A stretch of 64,000 nucleotides of DNA from Antechinus flavipes (GCF_016432865.1 NC_067403.1:257362001-257426000); one strand, 5' to 3'; numbered from the stretch's first letter, positions 13,217 through 24,445 are shown. Made by a program: numbers and translations. Notes: generated by a model not told the origin, from the sequence alone.

Positions 13217-14005
13217 CCAGGATCTTCTGCAGGAGACCCTTCCCAGCTCCCCGTCAGCACCCCTGCCGGTGCCTTCAGCCCCGTGTGTACCTTGTTTGTC
13301 CCTAGTAGTTCCCTTGTGGTCTCCCCCATGAGAAGGCAAACTCCCCGAGGGAAGCGGGTGGCTTTTTGCCTTTGTTCATAGAACCCAGCGCTTGGCACAG
13401 TGCCTGGCACGTGAGAAATGGATTTGGGATCAGGAGAGCTGCGTTCTAATCCTCCCTCTGGCCTCCCTAGCTGGAGGATCACACTCCCTTTTTGCTTAGC
13501 TTTCTCACCCGTAAAACGGGGATGATAATCTGCACAGGGTTGTCAGTCAGCAAGTATTAAGCGCCAGCTGTGTGCCAGGTCCTGCCAAGCCCTGGAGATA
13601 GAAAGGCAAAAACATCCTTGTTTCCTCCCTTATTCTCATGGGAGACAGTGGTCAGTCAGCTAGCGTTTATTAATAGGCCGGGCGCTATGGAGACAGAGGG
13701 ACCCTGCCCTCCAGGAGCTCATGGGCTCATGGGAGATTGTTTTGAGGCTCACCAGACAACACACACACACACTCTGCCAGTCTTCGTGTACTATGATGGC
13801 GTCCCTTCTCCTCTGGGAATAAGCCGAACTTCACAGGCTTCTTAAGGCCTGCCTTCGGTGCCTTAGCCAGCTGGGGTGTCTTGGGTTGTGCTAGGGTCGG
13901 GGGGCCAATGCCCCTCCCCCGCCAGCTGGCTCCGGCCCCGAGGGCGGGCGGGTAGCTGCTGGGGGGCCGCCGGCTTCACCAGCTGCTCTCCCCTGTATCC
14001 CACAG

Positions 14006-14082
14006 CATTCGTAGTGTCATGCAGAAGTATCTTGAAGACCGAGGGGAAGTGACCTTTGAGAAGATTTTCTCTCAGAAGCTTG
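14006..14082 (+). CDS. GRK2: GRK2 exon 2
   Basis: cacag|C..G|gtgagt; (S)[25 protein letters not shown](G); 77 nt. Confidence 0.97.
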
Positions 14083-17000
14083 GTGAGTGAAGGGGGGTTA
14101 TCGACCTGGCTCCCACCCCCCCACCAGGAACCGCAGGGGCTCTGGGCCCGTGGGCTTCCCGCTTCTCCCTCACTGCCAGCCCGGAGGCCCTGAGGCAGCG
14201 TTACACGGGCAGTGGGGGGCCTGTCGGCAGTAGCAGGCTTGGCTCAGGGAACCCCACGGAGGTGGGCCTCGGGGCTGCCTCCCCATTGGAGGCCGGGGAG
14301 GTTCCTCCTTTGGGGTTTTTGTTTTTCTGAGTTGCAGCTTCCCCTCGGCCAAGGCTGCAGCTGTGCTAGGGCCCGTTGGTGGGACCGACAGGAAGGGGCG
14401 GGGTCCTTCCTGTGGAGGGGGCCCAGGCTGCTGGCCAGCTGCTCTGCTCCTCCAGGAGGCTTCCTGCTGGCTCGGCTCGGGCCTGAAAGGCCCGTCCCAT
14501 CATGGTGGGCATGGGCCACAGATTGTCTGAGACCTAGACCTGGCCTACCCAGCCTGAGTCTCTCCCTTCCCTCCCTGCCTCTCCCCGGGGACAGATCAAG
14601 TACGGGCTAGAACCAGCCTGTGCCTCTTCCGTGCTGGTGGGGTTCACCCGCATTTGACCTCAGCCTCACACGTACTGCACAAACTTACACACATACCACA
14701 CACATGTATGCACACATACCCCTCGCATGTGCATTACTCACCACACACTCATGCACACTCGTGCACACATACCCCTCGCACGTGCATTACTCACCACACA
14801 CTCATACTCATGCATACATACCCCTCGCATGTTTATTACTCACCACACACTCATGCACACATACCCCTCACATGTGCATTACTCACCACACACACTTATG
14901 CACACTCATGCACACATACCCCTCACATGTGCATTACTCACACTCACCATACACACATAAACACATACATCGCACATGCACGGCTCCCGCTCGATGATCT
15001 CTGTGACCTGTGCCCTTTCTCCCTTGCACTCTCAGGCTACCTGCTTTTCAGAGACTTCTGCTTGAACCACATGGAGGAGGCCAAGCCCTTGGTGGAATTC
15101 TATGATGAGGTAGGTGGGAATCTGGCCCCCCCAGGGAGCCGTCCCCTCTCGTTAGCTCCGGTCTGACTGAGGTGAGGGGCAGGGTCCTTGCTATAGCAGA
15201 CGGTGTCTCCTGGACCCCTCCCACCTTCCTGTTCATCCCACCTGGCAGAAAACCCTCCCCTGGATAGTTGGGATTCTGTGGCCACTGAGATTATGTTCAG
15301 GCCCCAAAGACCGATACAGATATTAATGCTAAAGAGTCACAGAGGAAAGCTCTCGTGTGGGTGATGTTGGGACAGGCCCCTAGGGGACCCCACATGACTC
15401 CTGGGGCCTTGTTATCAGATTAAGAAATATGAGAAGTTAGACTCCGAGGAGGACCGCGCCATCAAGAGCCGAGAGATCTTTGATTCATACATCATGAAGG
15501 AGCTGCTGTCCTGCTCGCATGTGAGTGCCGCCACCCTCTGACCCTTTTATCCCGTGCTTGCAACAGCCCGGTAGGAGAAGGGCCTTGGTTGCCGTGGGCC
15601 ACCACCTTCCAACCCTTTTATCCCATGCTTGCAACAGCCTGGTAGGAGAAGGGCCTTGGTTGCCGTGGGCCGCCACCTTCCTACCCTCTTTATCCCGTGC
15701 TTGCAACAGCCTGGTAGGAGAAGGGCCTTGGTTGCCGTGGGCCGCCACCTTCCTACCCTCTTTATCCCGTGCTTGCAACAGCCTGGTAGGAGAAGGGCCT
15801 TGGTTGCCGTGGGCCAGGCCGACCCAGAATCTCTCCCTCTCACAAGTGATTCCTCTTTGGGAATGGATGGGCTTTAAGCTGGAAGAAGGGAGTTGGGGTC
15901 CCGTTCCCCCAAGTCTCAGAACTGATGGTCACCCATCTCCCTTTCTTAGCCTTTTTCAAAGAGTGCCACTGAGCACGTACAGAGCCGGCTCCTAAAGAAG
16001 CAGGTACCCTCTGACCTCTTCCAGGTAAGTCTCGTGAGTTTCTCGCGCTTCTCCCCCTCCCTTCCCTGCCTTAGCCCCTCAGTCTGGATCTCTAGAGTCT
16101 CTGTTGTGCTTTGTACTATCCCATCCCTTATCCTTGCCGCCATCAGGTTAGTCCCTAACCTTTGGCACAGCAAGATTAGAAGCTGAGCCCCCCTCCTCCC
16201 AGCCCCCATCACACTTCTTGAACAGTCTCAGGCTGGGGCCTGTGCCCTGTCATGAGGCTCTAAGTCCCGTGCCTGCGGCCTTTTTCCTTAGCCATACATT
16301 GAAGAGATTTGTCAGAGGCTTCGGGACGATGTATTCCAGAAATTCATCGAGAGGTGAGTTGGAAGGTCGCGGGGAGAAGATGGAGGGGAAATGGACGTCT
16401 TAGGAGAGGGCAGGGAGAGGAGAAGACTGGGCAGAGAGCAGAGCCCCAGGGCCCGATGTGGAGGTCCCCTCCCTCCCCCACCCCCCCAGAGGCAGTCACA
16501 CCCAGTGTGGTGCTTTCTTGTCCAAGTTCTGTAACACTGGGAGCTTGTATTCACTACTAGACTGAGCGCTTCAGACTCCAGGAAGAAGCGTAGTGTCCAG
16601 CACATCCACACTGGACTGTGCTCGGGCCATTGAAATTCTGATGGTCCCGGGCCTGGCTCCTGTCAGTGAGAATGAAGCAGGGTAGCCGAGTCCGTCCCCC
16701 AGGAAAGGGTTGGACCCTCCCCGTTGGCCATCCCCCTGAGGCCCAGGAGCCATGCCGGCCTTGCTGCCCTGACCCTTCGTGTCTTCCTGCTGGGTTTCCT
16801 TCTGTCGCAGGGGGGCCGGTGCCTTGTCACCGTGAGGGGCAGCGGGAGGTGGGCCAGGCAGGGCTAGCGGCCAGACGGGGCCATGACCACCCTCTCTATT
16901 TCAGTGAAAAGTTCACTCGGTTTTGCCAGTGGAAGAATGTGGAACTTAACATCCACGTGAGTAAATGCTGGAAGCCAGAAGCTTGTGGTCACCCTTGCCT

Positions 17001-20000
17001 TGGGGTCGTGGGATCTTAGCTCTGGAGCCGAAGGGCACGTGACCCCCGCCCCACGTTGGGAAGGGTCTCGCTCAGGGTCACCTCGGTGGTTTGTGTCAGA
17101 GGCAGGAGTTGAAATCAAGCCTCCTGTCTGCAAAGCCGAAACCCAGGGGCACCCGTTGCTCTTGGCCTTCCCTGGGGAGCAAGCAGAGGCTCAGGGGGTC
17201 CTGGGAGAGGGAAGGGGAGAAAAAGGTGCCCTTCCTTTCCTGTGCCCATCTTCGGCCTCTGGGGCCCCCAGTCACACTCACTCTGGCTCTGTTCCATCAG
17301 CTGACCATGAATGACTTCAGCGTGCACCGAATTATTGGCCGCGGCGGCTTCGGGGAGGTCTATGGCTGCCGGAAAGCCGACACCGGCAAGATGTGAGTGG
17401 CCCCGGCTTCAGGCTGGGATGGAGGGGCCAGGATGGGGGGGGGGGGGGAGGAGCCAGGAGAGGAGGGATGGAGATGCTGGCTCTGGACCAGCCTGACTGG
17501 CTCCCTTCCCCCCCAGGTACGCCATGAAGTGTCTGGATAAAAAGCGTATCAAGATGAAGCAAGGGGAGACGCTGGCCCTGAACGAGCGGATCATGCTCTC
17601 CCTCGTCAGCACCGGGGTGAGCCGGGCATCGGAAGGCCGCCTCCGGGGGCTCCCTGGCCGCAGGGCCCGGGGCAGCCGCCACTCATCCCGCCCTTTTCTG
17701 CTCTTTTCTGCCCCTCCCAGGATTGCCCCTTCATCGTCTGCATGTCTTACGCGTTCCACACTCCGGACAAGCTCAGTTTCATCCTGGATCTCATGAATGG
17801 TGAGTCCCCCGGCCCTCCCCAGACTCTGGCTCGGGCCCGGCCGCCCGCGCCTCGGGCTCAGCCCCTCTGTGTTCTGGCCTCTCAGGGGGGGACCTGCACT
17901 ACCACCTGTCCCAGCACGGGGTCTTCTCAGAGGCAGAAATGCGCTTCTACGCTGCCGAGATCATCCTGGGCCTGGAGCACATGCATAGTCGATTCGTGGT
18001 GTACCGGGACCTAAAGGTGGGTGCAGCCCGTCCGAGCCTGGCAGGGCCCCTCGTGCCCCCCCCCCCCCCCCCGCCCCGGGCTTCTGTGCATCTTTGCGGT
18101 TGCAGCCGTAACCGAGGAGTGACAGCAGAGCTCCCAGCCCGGGAGGGAGTGGCTGTGACAGGCTCCCCTCCCTCCCTCCGTGGAGCAGATGATCCCTGGC
18201 TGCTCGCCTCCTCCCAGCTAGGCCAGAGCCTCTGCTGCCCCTCTCCCTCTGGGGGAGGGTCCCCTCTTCGGCTTTCGGCCTCTGCCTTGGCCTGCGGGCA
18301 TCAGCCCTGGCCCCTTTCCCGGCCTCCCCTTGTTGCTCCCCTCCTGCCCGGCCTCTCGCCGGCGGCAGGGAGGGGCCCCATCGATGTGTGTCCCATCCGC
18401 AGCCCGCCAACATCCTGCTGGACGAATTTGGCCACGTGCGCATCTCGGACCTGGGCCTGGCCTGTGACTTCTCCAAGAAGAAGCCTCACGCCAGCGTGTG
18501 AGTGTGGGGCCCCCAGCCTGTCCCCCCCCCCCACTTCCTCCGGGGCCCTGGTTCCCATCCAGCCCGGGTTCTCACACTGGGTCGCGCCCCCTGTCCCCAC
18601 AGGGGCACCCACGGCTACATGGCACCCGAGGTCCTGCAGAAGGGGGTGGCCTACGACAGCAGCGCCGACTGGTTCTCCCTGGGCTGCATGCTCTTCAAAC
18701 TGCTGAGAGGGTGAGTGGGGGGGGGGGCAGGCCCTCGGGGTGTGTGGGGCCCATGATCCTCCCAGAACCGGACGGGCCTCCAGAGCCACCCATTCTGCAG
18801 ATGGAGGGGTGAGGCTCCGAGGGAAAGGTGGCCAGGGCAGAGCACCCTAACCCCCCCCGGGGATGCCCGAGAGTCAGAACTGTCGTTGCACGGAGCCGCC
18901 GCTGCCTCTTGGAGATGGGGGGAGGGGAGCTGGCGAGGGGAGGGACGGATGGAGGGGAGTATTCGGGGACCTGCTAACCCAGTGGGACGGCGCCTTCCCC
19001 ATCCAGGCACAGCCCCTTCCGCCAGCACAAAACTAAGGACAAGCATGAGATCGACCGCATGACGCTCACGATGGTGAGTGCAGGAAGGGCCCCCTGCCCG
19101 CGCTGAGCATCCCCGGGGTTGGCAAGGAGCCCATGGGGACGGATGGGCTGAACCCGGGGCCCCGGCAGGGCAGCAGAGAGGGCGTTCGTTGGGCCGGGCC
19201 AGGTCACGCACCAGGCGTCGGGCGCGCTCTTGGCCCAAAGTTCGGGCGCCGCTCCTGCGGCCCCGGGTCATCCTTGCCCTCCCACTTATCCGCCAAAGGA
19301 GACAAAAAGATGCTGCCTTTATTAGGGCCTTTGACGTCCAGTCCTGCTGGGCGCGTAACCATGGGCACTAGAGTCTTCTGGGTGCCAGGCCCCGGGATGC
19401 CAAGGGGCTCACGCGTTATTAGAGCAGACAGAACAAATGCCCCGTGATTTGGGGGACCCTCTGGGGGCTTACGGGGTGTGGAAGATGACCACGGGCATCC
19501 CACCGAGGTAGCCGCAGCGGCTGGGCCATGTGGGGGGGCTGGGTGGCAGATGCCGCGTGATCTGGTGAGGACCGCCGTGAACCCCCTCCCCTGTTTTCTT
19601 TGCAGGCTGTGGAGCTCCCAGACTCCTTCTCACCAGAACTACGCTCCCTTCTGGAAGGACTGCTTCAAAGGGATGTCAACCGGAGGCTGGGCTGCCTAGG
19701 CCGGGGGTGAGCGCCAGGGCATCAGTTCCCCTTGGGCAGAGGGCTGGCACCTGGGGGCAGAATTGTCAAGGCCTGAGCCCCCAGGCTAAAGTTCTCCTCC
19801 CTGTCCCCCAATCACCACAGGGCTCAGGAGGTGAAGGAGGACCCTTTCTTTAAGACCGTGGACTGGCAGATGGTTTTACTGCAGAAGGTAAGAGCACGGG
19901 CAAGGCCCTGGCAGGGACGGCTGGGCCACCCTGGCCCTCCCTCACAGCCTTGTCTCCTTGTGACAGTACCCGCCTCCCCTGATCCCTCCTCGAGGGGAAG

Positions 20001-21304
20001 TGAATGCTGCTGACGCCTTTGATATCGGCTCTTTCGATGAGGAAGATACCAAGGGGATCAAGGTACGGGCTGCGCCCCTTCCATCCTGCCAGAGGAGCCC
20101 CTGAGGGTGGGGGTGGTCCGGAAGCCCCCGGCTCAGGGCTGCCTCAGCCACTTCCGGGTGTGTCGATCCCAGTGCAAAGTTGGCACCTCCTGGGCAGCGC
20201 CATCCCGGGTATCAGGGCCCTGGCACCTCCTGGGCGGCACCATCCTGTGTATTGGGGGACAGAGGCCGTGGGGTCCCCAAAACCGCGCCCGTGACACGCG
20301 CCCGCCCTTTTTGCGCAGCTGCTAGACAGCGACCAGGAGCTGTACCGGAACTTCCCGCTCACCATCTCGGAGCGGTGGCAGCAGGAAGTGGCTGAGACGG
20401 TCTTTGACACGGTCAACTCGGAGACCGACCGGCTGGAGGCGCGCAAGAAGGCCAAGAACAAGCAGCTGGGCCACGAGGACGGTGAGCAGCTGCCCCTCGT
20501 GCCCCCAGCCTGAGGCGCCCCTCCCCGGGAGCTCCACCCCCGCTCACTCTCTCCTGCACCCCCAGATTACGCCCTCGGCAAAGACTGCATCATGCACGGC
20601 TACATGTCCAAGATGGGCAACCCCTTCCTCACCCAGTGGCAGCGGCGGTACTTCTACCTGTTCCCCAATCGGCTTGAGTGGCGGGCCGAGGGCGAGGCAC
20701 CAGTAAGGAAGGGGCTGGGCTGGGCTGGGCTGGGCCGGGCTGGGCCGGGCTGGACTTTGCTGGGCTGGGCTGGACTTTGCTGGGCTGGACTGGGCCGGGC
20801 CGGGCTGGCACGCTCCCCTCCCCACCAACCTCCCCGCTCCCTCTCGGGCCTCTGCAGCAGAGCCTCCTGACTATGGAGGAGATTCAGGCTGTGGAGGAGA
20901 CACAGATCAAGGAGAGGAAGTGTGTCCTGCTCAAGATCCGGGGGGGCAAACAGTTCATCCTCCAGTGTGATGTGAGTGGGGGCCTGGGGCTCGGGTGGCG
21001 GCTCCTCCTGTGCCCCTTCCAGGGTGGCCGGCGGCGGGGGGTGGGGGGGACCCTCCGGGATTGGGCCGGGGGCGCTGCGGGGGTTCTCCATGCCTCGGGG
21101 AGCCTCGCTGACCTGGGCCTGGGCCGGGCTGGGGGGCAGAGTGACCCGGAACTGGTTCAGTGGAAGAAGGAACTACGGGACGCCTACCGGGAGGCCCAGC
21201 AGCTGGTGCAGCGCGTCCCCAAGATGAAGAACAAGCCTCGATCGCCTGTGGTGGAGTTGAGCAAGATGCCGCTGACGCAGCGGGGCAGCGCCAACGGCCT
21301 CTGA
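14006..21304 (+). CDS. GRK2: G protein-coupled receptor kinase 2 (beta-adrenergic receptor kinase 1), coding exons 2-21; 5'-partial
   Basis: 20 GT-AG exons (1957 nt). Adding the expected 113-nt exon 1 gives 689 aa + stop. Translation matches GRK2: RH domain ([26 protein letters not shown]), [29 protein letters not shown] domain, C-terminal [17 protein letters not shown]. Confidence 0.98.
14685..14975. repeat. CA-rich minisatellite, ~40-52-nt unit x~6 (cacacatacccctcgcatgtgcattactcaccacacactcatg), GRK2 intron 2
   Basis: Read directly. Confidence 0.9.
15036..15109 (+). CDS. GRK2: GRK2 exon 3
   Basis: ctcag|..|gtaggt; [24 protein letters not shown]; 74 nt. Confidence 0.97.
15419..15520 (+). 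CDS. GRK2: GRK2 exon 4
   Basis: atcag|..|gtgagt; [34 protein letters not shown]; 102 nt. Confidence 0.97.
15527..15815. repeat. 71-72-nt minisatellite x4, GRK2 intron 4
   Basis: Unit starts (accct) at 15541, 15612, 15683, 15755. Confidence 0.95.
15950..16024 (+). CDS. GRK2: GRK2 exon 5
   Basis: cttag|..|gtaagt; [25 protein letters not shown]; 75 nt. Confidence 0.97.
16292..16353 (+). CDS. GRK2: GRK2 exon 6
   Basis: cttag|..|gtgagt; [20 protein letters not shown](S); 62 nt. Confidence 0.97.
16905..16956 (+). CDS. GRK2: GRK2 exon 7
   Basis: ttcag|..|gtgagt; [17 protein letters not shown]; 52 nt. Confidence 0.97.
17301..17392 (+). CDS. GRK2: GRK2 exon 8
   Basis: atcag|..|gtgagt; [30 protein letters not shown](M); 92 nt. 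Confidence 0.97.
17517..17616 (+). CDS. GRK2: GRK2 exon 9
   Basis: cccag|..|gtgagc; [33 protein letters not shown]; 100 nt. Confidence 0.97.
17721..17799 (+). CDS. GRK2: GRK2 exon 10
   Basis: cccag|..|gtgagt; [26 protein letters not shown](G); 79 nt. Confidence 0.97.
17886..18016 (+). CDS. GRK2: GRK2 exon 11
   Basis: ctcag|..|gtgggt; [43 protein letters not shown]; 131 nt. Confidence 0.97.
18403..18497 (+). CDS. GRK2: GRK2 exon 12
   Basis: cgcag|..|gtgagt; [31 protein letters not shown](V); 95 nt. Confidence 0.97.
18603..18710 (+). CDS. GRK2: GRK2 exon 13
   Basis: cacag|..|gtgagt; [35 protein letters not shown](G); 108 nt. Confidence 0.97.
19007..19073 (+). CDS. GRK2: GRK2 exon 14
   Basis: tccag|..|gtgagt; [22 protein letters not shown]; 67 nt. 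Confidence 0.97.
19606..19706 (+). CDS. GRK2: GRK2 exon 15
   Basis: tgcag|..|gtgagc; [33 protein letters not shown](G); 101 nt. Confidence 0.97.
19821..19887 (+). CDS. GRK2: GRK2 exon 16
   Basis: cacag|..|gtaaga; [22 protein letters not shown]; 67 nt. Confidence 0.97.
19967..20062 (+). CDS. GRK2: GRK2 exon 17
   Basis: gacag|..|gtacgg; [32 protein letters not shown]; 96 nt. Confidence 0.97.
20319..20481 (+). CDS. GRK2: GRK2 exon 18
   Basis: cgcag|..|gtgagc; [54 protein letters not shown]; 163 nt. Confidence 0.97.
20566..20702 (+). CDS. GRK2: GRK2 exon 19
   Basis: cccag|..|gtaagg; [45 protein letters not shown]; 137 nt. Confidence 0.97.
20711..20808. repeat. (GGGCT/GGGCC/GGACT)n pentamer array, GRK2 intron 19
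   Basis: Read directly. Confidence 0.9.
20858..20971 (+). CDS. GRK2: GRK2 exon 20
   Basis: tgcag|CAG..|gtgagt; [38 protein letters not shown]; 114 nt; NAGNAG acceptor. Confidence 0.95.
21140..21304 (+). CDS. GRK2: GRK2 exon 21 (terminal coding part)
   Basis: ggggcag|AGT; [54 protein letters not shown]. Confidence 0.96.
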   Translation, partial: SDPELVQWKKELRDAYREAQQLVQRVPKMKNKPRSPVVELSKMPLTQRGSANGL

Positions 21305-22469
21305 CCCCTGGCACCACCTCGCCATCCTGCCCCTGCCCAACCTTTTATAAACCTCTAATTTATTTTGTGGAATTTTTATTATTTTTTCCCGCCAAGCGGA
21401 AAAGGTTTTATTTTATAATTATTGTGATTTCCCGTGGCCCTGCCTGGCCCTGTGGCAGGGGCCTGCTTGTCCCCTCCACCTCCTGTTGCCAAGGCCATCT
21501 AGTACCACTGCTCTGACTCCCCTGCTCCCCAGCCCCCCGGGGACCACGAGGTGGCCCTTTCTGTGTCTTGCTAGCAGGGACCAGGCAGGAGGCAGAAGAC
21601 AGCCCAGCTCTGCCCTGTTCTGCCCTCCGATGCCACCTGGGCACCTCAGCAGACTGAGCCGTGCGTGTGCCCCACATTTGTATCTGCTAGGAGAGCCGGG
21701 GGTCAAGACGCCCCTCACTGCCGCTCAGGGCTTCGGCCTTGGGAGCTCGCAGGATCGGGGTCCTCCCAGAAGCTCTCCGCCACAGTGCCCTGATAGGACT
21801 GCCGCCCGAGTGCCCGTGCCCAAGTCAGGAAACCCGCCTTTGTCGCCCTCCCCCGTTTCCCTGCCCTGGAATTCCACAGCAGCCCCTTCCCCTTCCCACA
21901 CCGCTCTGGGGTCACCGTGTGCCCTCCGCCAAGGGCCCTGGCGCCCCCTCCCTCCCGACACCTCCACCCGGCCTGGCAGGGCCTAGGAAGCTTGCCCAGA
22001 TTGTGCCAAATGGACTGACCTCATGCTCGTCTCAGGCTTCGCCACCCACTGCGCTGGTGAGCACAGGTTTCTGTCCTAAGTGTCCCCCCCGCAGGATTTA
22101 GGCTGGCGGCAGCAAGGGCCCCGGTGCCCGGAGCCGAGCCCCTTCCTTCCCCAGCCCGGGGCCAGCGTCACCGTCACTGTCTCCCTCGGCCTTGCCCTGG
22201 CCCCAGTGCCGAAGCCCCCCCGGGTGCCCGCCGCATGTTCCCAGCCTCCCTCGCCCCCGTCCTCTTGCCGCCGCCGCCGCCGCGCAGTGTGTGATGTCCC
22301 TCCTTCCCCCTCCCCCCCACCTGGGGCTGGGTCCGTGTGTGACGCCCCTGATCCCATCACACTCATCCCCCCCAACACTCCATGTGCGTTTCTTTGCCGA
22401 TTTTTGAATGTGATTTTAAAGAGTGAAAAAAAAAAGATTGAGTTTTTATAAAAAAAAAAAAAAAAAAAA
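21305..22469 (+). other. GRK2: GRK2 3' UTR (approximate end)
   Basis: Follows the stop codon. AU-rich blocks at ~21342-21432 and ~22395-22450 resemble my recollection of the human GRK2 3' UTR. The end is placed at TATAAA/A20 by inference. Confidence 0.6.
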
Positions 22470-24445
22470 TGGCTTCTCTCTGCATGGTCTTTGCACTTGG
22501 GTCCGTCTAATGCTCTCAGAACGGGGCTGAGGGGGAGGCTCCGGGACAATTGCGGCCCCGGGTAGGGATCCAGTGAGAATGGCAGCCTGGTCGGGTTCTG
22601 AATCCTAGCTTCATACCTATAAACTAGCTCCATGGGCAAGCAGGTCCGCCCCTCGCCTCAGTTTCCTCAGAAAGCATGTGAGACGGGTACCATGAAAAGC
22701 GCCCAGGGTTTGCGGGCAGAGAACGGGCCGTCGCCTGCGTGGCCCTGGGCAGACATCTGTCGTGGCGGGCGAAAGATGAAACGGCCAAAGCAGCGAATCT
22801 GAACCTCCTTAAGAGGAACGTGCCATTGGGGGGCCAGTAAAGCGGGGCTCCCAAGCTTCCTGTTCCAAACGGTCAGGACGACCCAGACCCTCGGTCATCC
22901 AGCTTCTAAGTGGAGGAAGGCCAGGGGCTTGCTGGGGGGACCCCCTGAAATAGGAGGCGGCCGTCTCCCCACGAGCGTGGGTAAGCAGGGGAGCGAGGAA
23001 GCGTGAGAGCAATCGGGGCGAGCTGCAGCCAGGGCTTTCCTCCCAGCTCTCACCACTGAAGAAAGGGTTCTCCCAGGACAGAATCGGGGCTCGACCCATA
23101 ATGCAACAGAAAGGAAACTGAGCTAGCTCCAGAACCGAGTCCCAAGATGGAATCCCTGCGGCTCGCTCGCCTCCCGAACCCCTCATCTCCCTCATGCCCT
23201 CTCCGTATCTGTGCCCTCTTTTGTAAAAAGAATTGAGCCAGATGATCTCAGGTACATCGGGGCTCAAAATCATAGTTGTCTCCTAAAATCCCCATGTCTC
23301 AGCCCTGTCCCTGCTTGCCCTTTGGACAGACCAGGAGGTAAAGAGCCGATCTGTCCCGATTTAATAACCCAAGCAGATGTTCTGTGCGCTGCCTGATCAG
23401 CACGGGGCTCCGGGCCCGCCGGCTCTTGCTCCCCGCCCTCATCGGTGTGTCCGACGCCGTTCCTGCTGTCGGGGCCCTGGCTCTGGACCAGGGGTCGTCC
23501 CAGTCACCAAGTTCAGCACCTCGGAATCCCAGGCTGGAGCTGCCCTCCTCGCCCTCTCCCTCCAGAGCCCCCTGGACAATGTCAGCGGCGAGGTCATCCC
23601 TCGTCTCGATTGCCATCTTGCCTGGTGCGTCGGCTCTGGCGCGGCCCTCTCGGGGCCCAACGTGTGGAGATCTGGAGAGCAGAAGGCCCTTTCTCTGAGT
23701 CACTTCTGGGTAGGGTCCTCAGAGATGGGGGCGGCTCCTTTCCCTTCAGCATCCCCTTCTTGCTTCTTGTGACTCATCACTTCATACTCCAAATGGTCAG
23801 TACGCTTCTGCTGCCTAAGGGAGAGGGCAAGCCGTCATCACCTCGCCTCCGGCCGGCTGCCTTCCTTCAGCTGGGCCCCGGGTGCCCTTCGGGCCAGCCG
23901 CCCTGCCCGGAACGCCCTCTTCTCACCCCTCCCCGCCGATGTCCTGCTTAGCAGCTTCCTCTCCCCTTCGAAATGACTTTATCTTTCTTTGGGACATTTT
24001 CAATTTGTTCCCTCCAACATGTGTTAGCTCAGACTTTGCTGGGTCCGATGTGGCTTTGCTCAGCTACGTGTGCGTCCCTCCCCTCGCCGGCCAGGTGCAG
24101 GTGCGTGCCATCTTCTCTCTTCTTGAGGGTAAGGACTGTATCATGTGTCAGGATCCCCAGTAACTAGTGAGATCATAGCACAGACAGGAGGCCTGAGGTC
24201 GGTTGGATTTGACTCAAATCTGTAAAATGAGAAAACTGACCCAATCGTGGGGGGTGAGAGGTGTTCCGGGAGGACTAGTTTCTCTGGTGGGAGGACGGCT
24301 CGCTCACTTGGCACTCCTCAACTCTCAGCTGTGGCTCCAAGAAGCTGGAGCAAGTGCAGTGGCCACACCCCGATTAACCGTCTCAGCAGACGGGCTAAAC
24401 CAGATTGAGAGTAACTGATGGGCATCGAGCCCATCAGCCAGTTGG

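Noticed and set aside
618-13900. Many 100-340-aa Pro/Gly/Arg-rich ORFs in GRK2 intron 1 (e.g. 4029-5051)
   Set aside because: No recognisable domain; they overlap in several frames, as expected where high GC makes stops rare.
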